The notes under the pieces are model-generated. The model was not told where the DNA came from, did not search any database, and saw only the letters and a program-made list of their open reading frames with translations. From Pseudomonadota bacterium (lineage in GTDB: Bacteria; Pseudomonadota; Gammaproteobacteria; Steroidobacterales; Steroidobacteraceae), in the NCBI GenBank assembly GCA_039799645.1, contig JBDLSG010000004.1:8369-72368 (forward strand): a stretch of DNA of 64,000 bases, written 5' to 3'. The translations under genes and the position numbers were made by a program. This document shows positions 36,342 to 45,560 of the stretch, piece after piece (the first letter of the stretch is position 1; each line of letters begins with the position of its first letter).

Positions 36342-38432
36342 TTACTTCCTCTTCGAGGCCGCCTTCTTGGGCGCCTTGTAGTTGTCGGGGTAAATCAGGA
36401 TGCAGCCGGACTTGTCGACGTGGCCGGTGTGCTTCGGCAGGATCACCGTGGTCGAGTCCATTTCCATCACGATTGCGGGGCCAGCGACCTTGTTGCCGGC
36501 TTGCAGCTTGGCGCGAGCGTAGACGGTGGCCGTCACGTCCTTGCCGTCCATGTAGGACTTCTGCTTACCGACGATCGCGGCCTTCGGATTCGATCCGCCG
36601 CTCTTGAGCGGTTGACGCTTGATCTTGATGCCCTGGCCCTGCACGGCGGCGCGCAGCGTCACGAGCTCGTGCTCGAGCGGCAGCGCGAACGTGAACAGGC
36701 GCTTGTGCTCTTCGTCAAACTTGTCGCTGATCGACTTCAGGCCCTTCTTTTGAAGATCCTTCAGATCAACTTCGACCGTCAGACGCAGACCCTGACCGTG
36801 GTAGCGAAGATCGACCTGATAGCTCGTGGTCATCTCGGACTTCTTGACGCCCTCCGCCTCGATACCCTTCGATGCGTCGGCCGCCAGCTCCTTGAGGATC
36901 TTCTCGATTTCTTTGGCAGACGTTTCCGAGAACTGACGCACGTAGGTACGTGCACGCTCGTCACGAACTGCCGTCGTGGCATCACCGAGTGCGCACAGCA
37001 CGCCCGGACCCGGCGGAATGATCGATGGCCAAGAGCCAAGCAAACGCGACAGCGCGTTGGCATGGATCGGGCCGGCACCGCCAAAGGCGATCAGCGCGTA
37101 ATCGCGCGGATCGTAACCCTGCTCCACCGACACGAGACGCAGTGCACCGACCATGTTCTCGTTGACGATGTTGTAGATACCTTGGGCGGCATCCTTGACC
37201 TTCAGGCCAAGCGCGTCACCGACTTTCTTCACGGCAACTTGCGAGAGGTCGCGGCGCAGTTCCATATCGCCGCCGAGCTTCTGCATTTCGGGCAGATAAC
37301 CGAGGACGATGTTGGCATCGGCTACGGTCGGTTCCGTACCACCGCGGTTGTAGGCAGCCGGGCCGGGATCGGCACCGGCCGATTGAGGACCGACACGCAG
37401 CGCCTTGGTGAGCTCGGGCACGTGGGCAATCGAGCCACCGCCCGCGCCGACGGTGCGAATGTCGACCGACGAAGCACGAACCGTGACGTCACCAACGGTC
37501 GTTTCGCGACGCAGGCGCGGCTGGCCGCCCTGAATCAGCGCCACGTCGGTGGAGGTGCCGCCGACGTCGACCGTGAGCAGGTTCGGAAAACCGGCCTGCT
37601 TGGCGACCCACAACGCGCCCGTTACGCCACCGGCGGGACCTGACATCAACAAATTGACCGGGTAATCGGCTGCCGACTGCGCAGAGGCGAGGCCGCCATC
37701 CGAGCGCAAAATGTGCAGCTTGACCTTGTCTGCCACCTGACCGAGCTTGGCCTTGAGGTTTTTGACATAGCGATCGACGCGCGGGCGCACGTACGAGTTG
37801 GCAACCGTGGTCACCGTGCGCTCGTACTCCTGCATCTCGGGAACGACGTCCGAAGAAATCGACACTGGCATGCCAGGCAGTTCTTCGATCGCGATTGCAC
37901 GAACGCGCTGCTCATGCGACGGATTCGCGAACGAGTTGATCAACGAAATCGTGAGCGCTTCGATGTTCTGCTTTTTAAGAGAGCGCAAGCTCACGCGCAG
38001 CGCTTTCTCGTCGAGCTTGCGTACGACTTCGCCCTTCGCACTGACGCGCTCGTCGGCTTCGATCGTGCAAGCGAGCGGTGCCATCGGCAGCGACTTGTTG
38101 TAGATGATCCAGCCGCCGAGACCGCCCGGTACGAAGGAGCGCGCGATCTGCAGCACCTGTCGGTAGCCCTTGGTGGTGACTAGGCCAACCTTCGCGCCGG
38201 TGCCGGTGAGCACGGTGTTGGTGGCAACGGTCGTACCGTGCATCACGTGATCGATCTGCTTCGGATCGATCCCCGCGCGCTCGCAGACCTTCTGGATACC
38301 GTTCAACACGCCGATCGACTGATCGGCCGGTGTTGAGGGCACCTTCGCGGTCCACACTTGGCCCGACTTTTCATGAACTAGCAGCAGGTCCGTGAACGTG
38401 CCGCCGACGTCTACACCCAATCGATATGACAT
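36342..38432 (-). CDS. hyuA: Hydantoinase A/oxoprolinase family protein (HyuA-like)
   Basis: 696 aa. N-terminus YRLGVDVGGTFTDLLLV and a second ATPase motif TVDVGGTSTDVALI, typical of the ATP-dependent hydantoinase A family. Confidence 0.9.
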   Translation of the reverse strand: MSYRLGVDVGGTFTDLLLVHEKSGQVWTAKVPSTPADQSIGVLNGIQKVCERAGIDPKQIDHVMHGTTVATNTVLTGTGAKVGLVTTKGYRQVLQIARSFVPGGLGGWIIYNKSLPMAPLACTIEADERVSAKGEVVRKLDEKALRVSLRSLKKQNIEALTISLINSFANPSHEQRVRAIAIEELPGMPVSISSDVVPEMQEYERTVTTVANSYVRPRVDRYVKNLKAKLGQVADKVKLHILRSDGGLASAQSAADYPVNLLMSGPAGGVTGALWVAKQAGFPNLLTVDVGGTSTDVALIQGGQPRLRRETTVGDVTVRASSVDIRTVGAGGGSIAHVPELTKALRVGPQSAGADPGPAAYNRGGTEPTVADANIVLGYLPEMQKLGGDMELRRDLSQVAVKKVGDALGLKVKDAAQGIYNIVNENMVGALRLVSVEQGYDPRDYALIAFGGAGPIHANALSRLLGSWPSIIPPGPGVLCALGDATTAVRDERARTYVRQFSETSAKEIEKILKELAADASKGIEAEGVKKSEMTTSYQVDLRYHGQGLRLTVEVDLKDLQKKGLKSISDKFDEEHKRLFTFALPLEHELVTLRAAVQGQGIKIKRQPLKSGGSNPKAAIVGKQKSYMDGKDVTATVYARAKLQAGNKVAGPAIVMEMDSTTVILPKHTGHVDKSGCILIYPDNYKAPKKAASKRK

Positions 38433-38539
38433 GCGCCCCCCTTGGGCTCGCTATCCGTGGTGAAACAAGGAGGCCGAAGTATCCGACCTCACCCCATGCT
38501 CTGCAATCCGTTCGACGCGCGACATCAACCGATGAACGG

Positions 38540-39454
38540 TCATGCCGCTTGCGCGGACGGTTTCGGAAAACCACCGGCCTTAAGTAACATGCCAGGCACG
38601 TTACGACCGAGAGTTTGTTGCAACCACTCGCCCGTCGCGAGCAGTTTGTCGAGATCGATACCCGTCGAAACCCCCATGCGCTCTAGCATGTAGACGAGAT
38701 CTTCCGTCGGTATGTTGCCGGTGGCGGCGGGCGCAAACGGACAGCCCCCGATGCCACCCGCACTCGAATCGAGCGCGGACACGCCCGCCACGACGGCGGC
38801 GTAGGCATTGGCGAGACCCGTGTTGCGCGTATTGTGAAAGTGCGCGCGAAGACGCACGCCGGGCAGCGCCTCGCGGGCGCGCGTGAGAATCTCCGTGACC
38901 TGCGATGGCACGCCCACGCCGATGGTGTCGGCGAAGGCGACCTCATACGGATTGGCTTCCGCCACGCGCTTGGCGACATCGATCACTCTGTCGACAGAAA
39001 TCTCGCCTTCAAAGGGGCAGCCGAATGCAGCCGATACCGTCACCTGCGGGCGAACTCCGGCGGCATGCGCGGCCTTCGCGATCTCAAGCCATGCGGCGAT
39101 GGATTCTTCCGTGCCCACGCCCTGATTGCGGCGGTTGAAGGTGTCGCTCGCGACCACCGCCATGCCGATTTCGTTGCAACCCGCCGCAACCGCGCGCTCG
39201 AAACCCTTGTGGTTGAGCACGAGACCCACGTAACGAACGTCAGCGCGCTTGTTCAGACCGGCGAGCACCTGTTCGGCGTCCGCCATCTGGGGAACCTTCT
39301 TGGGATTCACGAAGCTGGTCACTTCGAGACGACGCAGCCCCGCATCGATGAGCCGCTCGATGAACTCGATCTTGGCGGCCGTCGGCATGACGCCGGGCTC
39401 GCTCTGCAGTCCATCGCGTGGGCCAACTTCCACGATTTCGATCGTGCGCGACAT
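38540..39454 (-). CDS. Hydroxymethylglutaryl-CoA-lyase-like (HMGL family) enzyme
   Basis: IVEVGPRDGLQSE, metal ligands HFHNTRNTGLAN, GGCPFAPAATGN(I)PTEDLVYML. Confidence 0.85.
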   Translation of the reverse strand: MSRTIEIVEVGPRDGLQSEPGVMPTAAKIEFIERLIDAGLRRLEVTSFVNPKKVPQMADAEQVLAGLNKRADVRYVGLVLNHKGFERAVAAGCNEIGMAVVASDTFNRRNQGVGTEESIAAWLEIAKAAHAAGVRPQVTVSAAFGCPFEGEISVDRVIDVAKRVAEANPYEVAFADTIGVGVPSQVTEILTRAREALPGVRLRAHFHNTRNTGLANAYAAVVAGVSALDSSAGGIGGCPFAPAATGNIPTEDLVYMLERMGVSTGIDLDKLLATGEWLQQTLGRNVPGMLLKAGGFPKPSAQAA

Positions 39455-39612
39455 CGAACCTCCATGCTGTCGTCTAGCCCGATCATTCTAACCCTGTTGC
39501 CCGCTCCGTGTGTGAGGGTCGATACGTTCTTGACCGGACAATCGTCACTCGGTACAAACCCCGGGGCATTTGTGCTCACTCGAACCTTTCGTCAGCCGAG
39601 GTATCACCGACC

Positions 39613-40827
39613 ATGACCGCCGAACCGAATTTCAAGCGTGGCCCCCTTTCTGATCTTCGCGTGCTGGAGTTGGGCACGTTACTCGCCGGCCCTTTTTGCG
39701 GTCAGCTGCTCGGCGATCTCGGCGCTGAGGTCATCAAGATCGAACCGCCGGGCCAGGGTGATCCGCTGCGTGTGTGGGGACGGCAGAAGGCTGGCGAACC
39801 GTCGCTATGGTGGCCCGTCGTCGCTCGTAACAAGAAGGCCATCACCCTCGACATGCGTCAGGACGAAGGACAGCGCGTGCTGAAAGAGTTGGTGAAGGAA
39901 GCAGATTTCGTACTCGAGAACTTCCGGCCCGGCACGATGGAAAAATGGAACTGTGGCTACGAAGAGCTGAGCAAAATCAACCCTCGCTTGATCATGATCC
40001 GCGTATCCGGCTACGGCCAGAATGGTCCCTACTCGCACCGCGCGGGCTTTGGCGCCGTCGGCGAGGCGATGGGCGGTCTGCGTTACGTTTGCGGCGATCC
40101 GTCCACGCCGCCCTCACGCATGGGCATCAGTATCGGCGACGAATTGGCCGCCACGTTTGCCTGCTTGGGCGCGCTCGCTGCGCTGCACTATCGCGAGAAA
40201 ACCGGTCGCGGTCAGGTGGTGGACTCCGCCTTGTACGAGGCGGTGCTCGCGATGATGGAGTCTTTGATCACCGAGTACGACAAGACTGGCTATATCCGCG
40301 AACGTACGGGCGCGATCTTGCCGAACGTTGCTCCCTCGAACGTCTACAAAACCAGCGACGGGCTCGTGCTGATCGCGGCCAATCAGGACACGGTGTTCGG
40401 ACGTCTGTGTGAAGCCATGGGCCAGAACGAGTGGCCAAAAGACGCGCGCTTCGTCAATCATCAAGCGCGCGGTGCCAACCAAAAATTACTCGATGGTTTG
40501 ATCGAGGCTTGGACCTCAACTATGAACACCAAACAGGTGTTGGAGCTGATGGATCAGTACGGCGTGCCGGCGGGTCAGATTTATCGCGCGCCCGAGATGC
40601 TCGACGATCCGCATTTCAAGGCGCGCGATGCGATCGTGACGACGCAACACCCATATTTCGGCGAGCTGCGAATGCAAAACACGGTGCCGAAGTTCTCCGA
40701 GACGCCGGGCAGTATTCGTACACCGGCACCGACCGAGCTCGGTCAACACAACGACGAGGTGTACACGAAACTACTCGGCTACACGGCCGAGCGCCTCGCC
40801 CAACTGCGCACCGCGAAGGTCATCTGA
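39613..40827 (+). CDS. Family III CoA-transferase (CaiB/BaiF/Frc-like)
   Basis: Start ATG 39613 (MTAEPNFKRGPLSDLRVLELGTLLAGPFCGQLLGDLGAEVIKIEPP), the canonical family III N-terminus. Confidence 0.85.
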   Translation: MTAEPNFKRGPLSDLRVLELGTLLAGPFCGQLLGDLGAEVIKIEPPGQGDPLRVWGRQKAGEPSLWWPVVARNKKAITLDMRQDEGQRVLKELVKEADFVLENFRPGTMEKWNCGYEELSKINPRLIMIRVSGYGQNGPYSHRAGFGAVGEAMGGLRYVCGDPSTPPSRMGISIGDELAATFACLGALAALHYREKTGRGQVVDSALYEAVLAMMESLITEYDKTGYIRERTGAILPNVAPSNVYKTSDGLVLIAANQDTVFGRLCEAMGQNEWPKDARFVNHQARGANQKLLDGLIEAWTSTMNTKQVLELMDQYGVPAGQIYRAPEMLDDPHFKARDAIVTTQHPYFGELRMQNTVPKFSETPGSIRTPAPTELGQHNDEVYTKLLGYTAERLAQLRTAKVI

Positions 40828-41471
40828 TGGCTGCGGGCGAATCGCTGCACGACAATTACGCCCGTGGCGGCTTCGGTCAACGCCTCACGCCCGGGAGTCG
40901 TCCTGCCTTGTTGGTCATCGACTTCGTCCGCGCCTACCTCGTGCCGGGTTCGCCACTGTATGCGGGCGTCGAGCAAGCGCGAGCCGACTGCGTCACGCTG
41001 CTGAACGATGCTCGCGCGGCGGGTATCCCCATCATCCATACCAACGTGGTTTATCAACCCGGTGGTCGCGATGGCGGCGTGTTCTTTCGCAAGGTGCCCG
41101 CACTCGCCTGCTTTGAAGCGGGTGTGCACCCGGATCTCGCGGCGTTCGCCGAGGGTCTCGAGCCCGTTGCAGGTGAGACCGTCATTTCAAAGCAATATGC
41201 GAGTGCGTTCTTCGGCACGTCGCTCGCCTCGACGCTGACGGCTTTGGGGGTGGACACCGTCCTGATCGCGGGACTCTCAACGAGCGGCTGCGTGCGCGCG
41301 AGCACGGTCGATTGTTGCCAGCACGGCTTCGTCCCCGTCGTGGTGCGTGAAGCTGTCGGTGATCGCGCCCCAGGTCCGCATGAGGCTAACCTCTTCGACT
41401 TGCAGGCCAAATACGCTGAGGTTGCGTCGTTGGCCGATGCGCTGAATTACTTGCGGAGCTTTCCTAGATGA
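40827..41471 (+). CDS. Isochorismatase-family cysteine hydrolase (second copy)
   Basis: Start ATG 40827 forms a TGATG overlap with the CoA-transferase stop. PALLVIDFVRAY (Asp), ISKQYASAFFGT (Lys), AGLSTSGCVRASTVD (Cys). The 346-aa track ORF is an out-of-context N-terminal extension. Confidence 0.8.
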   Translation: MAAGESLHDNYARGGFGQRLTPGSRPALLVIDFVRAYLVPGSPLYAGVEQARADCVTLLNDARAAGIPIIHTNVVYQPGGRDGGVFFRKVPALACFEAGVHPDLAAFAEGLEPVAGETVISKQYASAFFGTSLASTLTALGVDTVLIAGLSTSGCVRASTVDCCQHGFVPVVVREAVGDRAPGPHEANLFDLQAKYAEVASLADALNYLRSFPR

Positions 41472-42358
41472 GCAGCACTTTGGGACCCATTTCGTGCGTG
41501 ACGATCGCTGCGCCCGAGTTGCAGCACATGATCGACTCGTATCATCTGCACCTTGGCTACCAGTTGGTGGATCACGGTCGTTTGTCTCCGGCGCAGGCGG
41601 CGCTGTGGAATCTGCCGAACCTCGCCGGGCGCCGCTATGCCTTGATGTTGCCAGGCGGCGATGGTCAAACCTTTCTGCGCTTCGTCGAGAGTCGCCCGAA
41701 TCATGATTACGTCGCTTTCCGCCACATGGGTTGGAATGCGGCCGAGTTCATGGTGCAAGACACCGATGGCATCGCAGCGCGTCTGGACGGCTCACCGTTC
41801 GACATCATCGGCCCACCGGCTGACCTGTCGTTCTCCGATAAAATCCGCGCCATGCAGGCGCTCGGCCCCGCTAAGGAATCGATCTACCTCACGTCCTTCA
41901 AAGAAAAGCTGCCCGAGTTCGATACCCCTGATCCCAAGCACTATGTCGATCGCGTGTTCATTGTGATTCTAGGTGGCGAATCCTGCGCTTCGATCAACGA
42001 TTTTTATTCTCGCCACTTCGGCGTAGCTCCCGCTGCCGTCATACCCTCGGTGATTTCCGTGATCTCGAAAGCGCACGAACTCCCGGACGACGCACGCCAC
42101 GACCTCGCCGCATTGACGCTACAGGGGCAATCGTTCATCGAGGCTGATCGCATGCCGACTGGCACCCTTCCTCGACTTGCTATGGAGGGAGAGCTCCCGC
42201 CGGCGATCTCCATGGTGTCGTTCACGGTTAGTACGTGGCCGACAGGCCTCGAGTGGATCGCGCCACCGCGTGCCCTGCCACAAGCTCCCTACTATGGTCG
42301 TCGCGCGGGCGTTTGCGTCGGGGCAGCCGGGGAATGGATCGAACTCATCGAGGCGTGA
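41468..42358 (+). CDS. Hypothetical protein, tentatively VOC/glyoxalase-fold; paralogue of 3720..4619
   Basis: 296 aa. ATGA overlap with the preceding gene. Collinear with 3720..4619 (AMQALGPA/AMQAIGPA, VFIVILGG/TFIAVVGG, identical C-terminal GRRAGVxVGAAGEWIELIE). Confidence 0.75.
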   Translation: MSSTLGPISCVTIAAPELQHMIDSYHLHLGYQLVDHGRLSPAQAALWNLPNLAGRRYALMLPGGDGQTFLRFVESRPNHDYVAFRHMGWNAAEFMVQDTDGIAARLDGSPFDIIGPPADLSFSDKIRAMQALGPAKESIYLTSFKEKLPEFDTPDPKHYVDRVFIVILGGESCASINDFYSRHFGVAPAAVIPSVISVISKAHELPDDARHDLAALTLQGQSFIEADRMPTGTLPRLAMEGELPPAISMVSFTVSTWPTGLEWIAPPRALPQAPYYGRRAGVCVGAAGEWIELIEA

Positions 42359-42360
42359 AC

Positions 42361-42684
42361 ATGACCGATCCGATCCAACCGCCACCAGAATTTCCGAAGG
42401 GTCATCGACCGCAGGTGTTCTCAGATCCGGCGATCGACCAGTTGTACGATGGCTACGTCATCTTAGGCACTGAGCTTGCCGTCGCGTTTGATCGTATCGA
42501 CACCCTTGAGCGTCTTCTGCAAGAACGTCTCGGTGTGACGCTCGCGGAGATCGATGGCTACAAACCAAACGAGGCTGTGGATGCCGAGCGACAAGCCCGT
42601 CGCGCCGAGTTGGCACAGCGCCTGCTGCGTCCATTCCGTGAATTTCGTGATGATCGGATCACACGCGGCAGCCGCAAGGGGTAG
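42361..42684 (+). CDS. Small hypothetical protein P1 (107 aa); paralogue of 43872..44306
   Basis: ATG lies 2 nt after the upstream stop. Shares the block PQxFSDPAIDxL...ELxVxxDRxDTxERLL...RR with P2. Confidence 0.7.
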   Translation: MTDPIQPPPEFPKGHRPQVFSDPAIDQLYDGYVILGTELAVAFDRIDTLERLLQERLGVTLAEIDGYKPNEAVDAERQARRAELAQRLLRPFREFRDDRITRGSRKG

Positions 42685-42723
42685 CATCGCTCGGTCTGTC
42701 CGCCAACACGGAGGCCGATCTGC

Positions 42724-43872
42724 ATGAAGGGTTTTAAGCAGCACGCGCTGCTACCGACTCCACAGCACGACGAACAAGCTCGCCAAGACTTCGTCGGGGC
42801 CTTGCGCGGCCACCTGTCCGGGCGAGTCATGCCTGGCAACTATCAACTCTTCGAGCGTCGTGTCGCGCCACGCTTCGCAGCCGAACATGGCCGGCCACCT
42901 GGGGAGGAGCAGGAAATCCGTGATTGGATGACGCGCGAGCCCTACTACCAGTTCTGGAGCGCACTGCAGCGTCGCAGTCAGGAACTACTTTGGGAGTCGG
43001 TCATCGATCCCACTGAGCGCGAATGGTCCGAATTGATCCAGCGCGCGCGCGGCGGCAAGTCTACGAAGGCAAGTAAGCGCGGTTCGTTGCGTCTGAACCC
43101 GTCGCTGACAGTACCGCGTTATCACGCCGCTGCGGATATTCATCTTCAACCGGGCGGATATCACACCGACTTCACGAGTGATGACATTGCGGCCGGTGCG
43201 ATCTACGACAAGGGCATCAACCTCTACATGGGCGGTGCGCTCGGATCCGAAAATGATCTGATGGGCAACACGCTGCTGGCCTATCTGCGCGAGCGTCATC
43301 CGTCACATCAGCCGAAGCGAATACTCGACCTCGGTTGTGCCATCGGTAATAGCACCGTGGTTTGGGCTAGAGCCTTTCCGAAAGCCGAGGTGCACGGCAT
43401 CGATATTGGAGCACCCGTGCTGCGCTACGCCCACGCACGTGCAGAGGCGCTCGGTGCCGCCGTTCACTTCAGTCAACAGAACGCCGAAGGCACGGACTTC
43501 GCTGACGAGAGCTTTGATCTCGTGATCTCGCACATTGTGCTGCACGAGACCTCCAAATCGGCGCTGGTTCGCATCCTCGCCGAGTGCCGGCGGCTACTAA
43601 AACCCGGCGGCTTGATGCTGCATCTGGAAATCCCGCGTGGTCGCACGCCGATCGAGAAATTCATGCACAACTGGGAGTCGTACAACAACAACGAAACCTT
43701 CAGTCGGTACATGACCCGCATTGATCTTCCCGCAGAGGCGCGAAAAGCGGGCTTTGCTGCTGATGAGATTTCTCTAGAGGAATTCGTACCGAAAATGGAT
43801 GTCGCGCAGATGAACTACACCCAGCATTTCTTCTGGAAGATTTTGGTCGGTCACAAGCACGGAGCAGCGTAA
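42724..43872 (+). CDS. Class I SAM-dependent methyltransferase with a roughly 190-aa N-terminal domain of unknown function
   Basis: GGAGG lies 10 nt upstream of the ATG. Motif I ILDLGCAIGNST, post-I HGIDIG, motif II/III FDLVISHIVLHE...LKPGGLML. Confidence 0.8.
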   Translation: MKGFKQHALLPTPQHDEQARQDFVGALRGHLSGRVMPGNYQLFERRVAPRFAAEHGRPPGEEQEIRDWMTREPYYQFWSALQRRSQELLWESVIDPTEREWSELIQRARGGKSTKASKRGSLRLNPSLTVPRYHAAADIHLQPGGYHTDFTSDDIAAGAIYDKGINLYMGGALGSENDLMGNTLLAYLRERHPSHQPKRILDLGCAIGNSTVVWARAFPKAEVHGIDIGAPVLRYAHARAEALGAAVHFSQQNAEGTDFADESFDLVISHIVLHETSKSALVRILAECRRLLKPGGLMLHLEIPRGRTPIEKFMHNWESYNNNETFSRYMTRIDLPAEARKAGFAADEISLEEFVPKMDVAQMNYTQHFFWKILVGHKHGAA

Positions 43873-44306
43873 TGGCCACCCGAAAACCGAAGAAAACGAC
43901 AAGCAAGACTCGCCAGTCGGGCCGGACCCCAAAGTCTAAATCGTCTGTACCGCCGCCCGATGCCCCACCGCGCATAGCCCGCGTGGCCAAGGGGAAGAAA
44001 CCTCAATACTTCAGCGATCCGGCGATCGACAAGTTGTTATGGATGACGGTGACATTGATGGAAGAGCTATCCGTGACGCGCGATCGCCTCGATACGGTTG
44101 AGCGGCTACTCACGAAGAAGCGTGTACTGAAAGCGACCGAGGTCGATCTATGGCGACCGGATCCGAAGTCGGCGGTTCAACGCGATGTGCGCCGCAAGGC
44201 CTTCGTCGACCGCATGATGCGTGCCGTGCACGCCGAACTTGACGAGGTACTGAGAGGAAATCACCGCGGCGCCGAGGATGACCCGGTCGCCGCGGTCGAG
44301 AGCTGA
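43872..44306 (+). CDS. Small hypothetical protein P2 (144 aa) with Lys/Arg/Ser/Thr/Pro-rich N-terminal tail; paralogue of P1
   Basis: TAATG overlap with the methyltransferase stop. Core aligns with P1 at about 35-40% identity by eye. Confidence 0.7.
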   Translation: MATRKPKKTTSKTRQSGRTPKSKSSVPPPDAPPRIARVAKGKKPQYFSDPAIDKLLWMTVTLMEELSVTRDRLDTVERLLTKKRVLKATEVDLWRPDPKSAVQRDVRRKAFVDRMMRAVHAELDEVLRGNHRGAEDDPVAAVES

Positions 44307-45545
44307 TCAGCGCGTCCGCAAGGTCCAGAGGCGAGCCAGATCTTTCAACGTTTGATCGCCTTGAACGGCCGCGAAGGTCTCTTTAGCGCCATCCTTGTTG
44401 CCCGCCTTGAGACGAGCGATACCTAAGGTGATCTGAGTTTCGTTGGCGTTGCGCACGCCACCCTTCGCGATACCGCGCTCAATCGTCGCGACGGCTTTAG
44501 CGTAATCGCCGTAGCTCAGATAAGCCTGACCTATGCGCACGTCGATCTCACCATTCTTGCGTGCAGCGGCATCGCTATCCTGCTTGGCGAGTGTTGGCTT
44601 GTCGGCAGCCACCTGCGCCTTCGCCGAGGACAACAGCCGCTTGCTGAGGTCGGTCAGCGCTGGCGTGTTAAACACGTTGGCTGCTATGCCCGCTTCGACC
44701 ACGGCCAACGCCTCACCGGGCAGACCCTTCTCGATCGACAATTGCGCCATCTCGGTGTAGTCCTCGCCGCGACGCATTCCACCTGCCTCGAACGCGTAGC
44801 GGAACACATTGAGCGTGTTTCCTTCAGAGGCGTTGCGCAACAATACGAGCGTGATGTTACCCGGGGTCTCCGGTCGCGGATGGAACTCGAGCTGTTTCTC
44901 GAGGGCCTTGAGGATGCAGGTATCGTCGTCGAGCTTCGAACAAGAGCTGACATACAGCTGTAGCGCGATTTCCGCCGGTTTCTCGCCGCGCGATTGCAAG
45001 GCTGCCAACCACTTGTCGATGAAGCCGGTCGTTCTTTTGAAATCGTTGAGCAGGTAGTACGACTGTGCGGTCAGCAGCGCCACGGGTTCTTCGGTGTTGC
45101 CGGCGGCAATCGCTTGCTCGCCGAACCCGGCTGCGCGCTCGTACGCCTTCAGGTTGTAGTTCAGCTGCAGCAGTTGCTTGTAGCGAATCAGTCGATTGGC
45201 ATCATCAAGGAAACCCGCCTCGAGCCCTTTCGAGAAGGCTGCTTCGGCACCCGCGGTATCGCCATTTCGCGCCGCACAGAAACCGAGCAACTCCGCGACC
45301 GCAAAGACATCGTAGGGTGGTTTGTCGGCTACCGCTTCTGTCGACTGAAGTGCGGCGACGCAATCAGCCCACTTTTCTTTTTTGATGGCATCTTGAGCCG
45401 TCTTGACCTGCTTGGCGACCGCCTTGCTGATCGACGGCCCTTTCGCGGCGGCTTCCTTTTGCGCGTACGCCGCGGGGGCCAGTATCGCTGCGACGCCTGC
45501 CGCGAGGATCCAGTGTTTAAGACGATGCATGGACATGAACTTCAC
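44307..45545 (-). CDS. Secreted tetratricopeptide-repeat protein (copy 2)
   Basis: Signal peptide (WILAAGVAAILAPAAYAQ). Helical TPR-like repeats. Paralogue of 45561..46769 (DYTEMAQ, LWTLR shared). Confidence 0.8.
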   Translation of the reverse strand: MKFMSMHRLKHWILAAGVAAILAPAAYAQKEAAAKGPSISKAVAKQVKTAQDAIKKEKWADCVAALQSTEAVADKPPYDVFAVAELLGFCAARNGDTAGAEAAFSKGLEAGFLDDANRLIRYKQLLQLNYNLKAYERAAGFGEQAIAAGNTEEPVALLTAQSYYLLNDFKRTTGFIDKWLAALQSRGEKPAEIALQLYVSSCSKLDDDTCILKALEKQLEFHPRPETPGNITLVLLRNASEGNTLNVFRYAFEAGGMRRGEDYTEMAQLSIEKGLPGEALAVVEAGIAANVFNTPALTDLSKRLLSSAKAQVAADKPTLAKQDSDAAARKNGEIDVRIGQAYLSYGDYAKAVATIERGIAKGGVRNANETQITLGIARLKAGNKDGAKETFAAVQGDQTLKDLARLWTLRTR

Positions 45546-45560
45546 CTCTTGCCTCGCGCC

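Noticed and set aside
35943-37643. 566-aa plus-strand ORF, the longest unassigned ORF in the track
   Set aside because: It lies entirely antisense to hyuB/hyuA. Its composition is the R/G/D/V/L-rich pattern typical of shadow ORFs in high-GC DNA, and it has no motifs. The opposite strand encodes proteins with clear family signatures.
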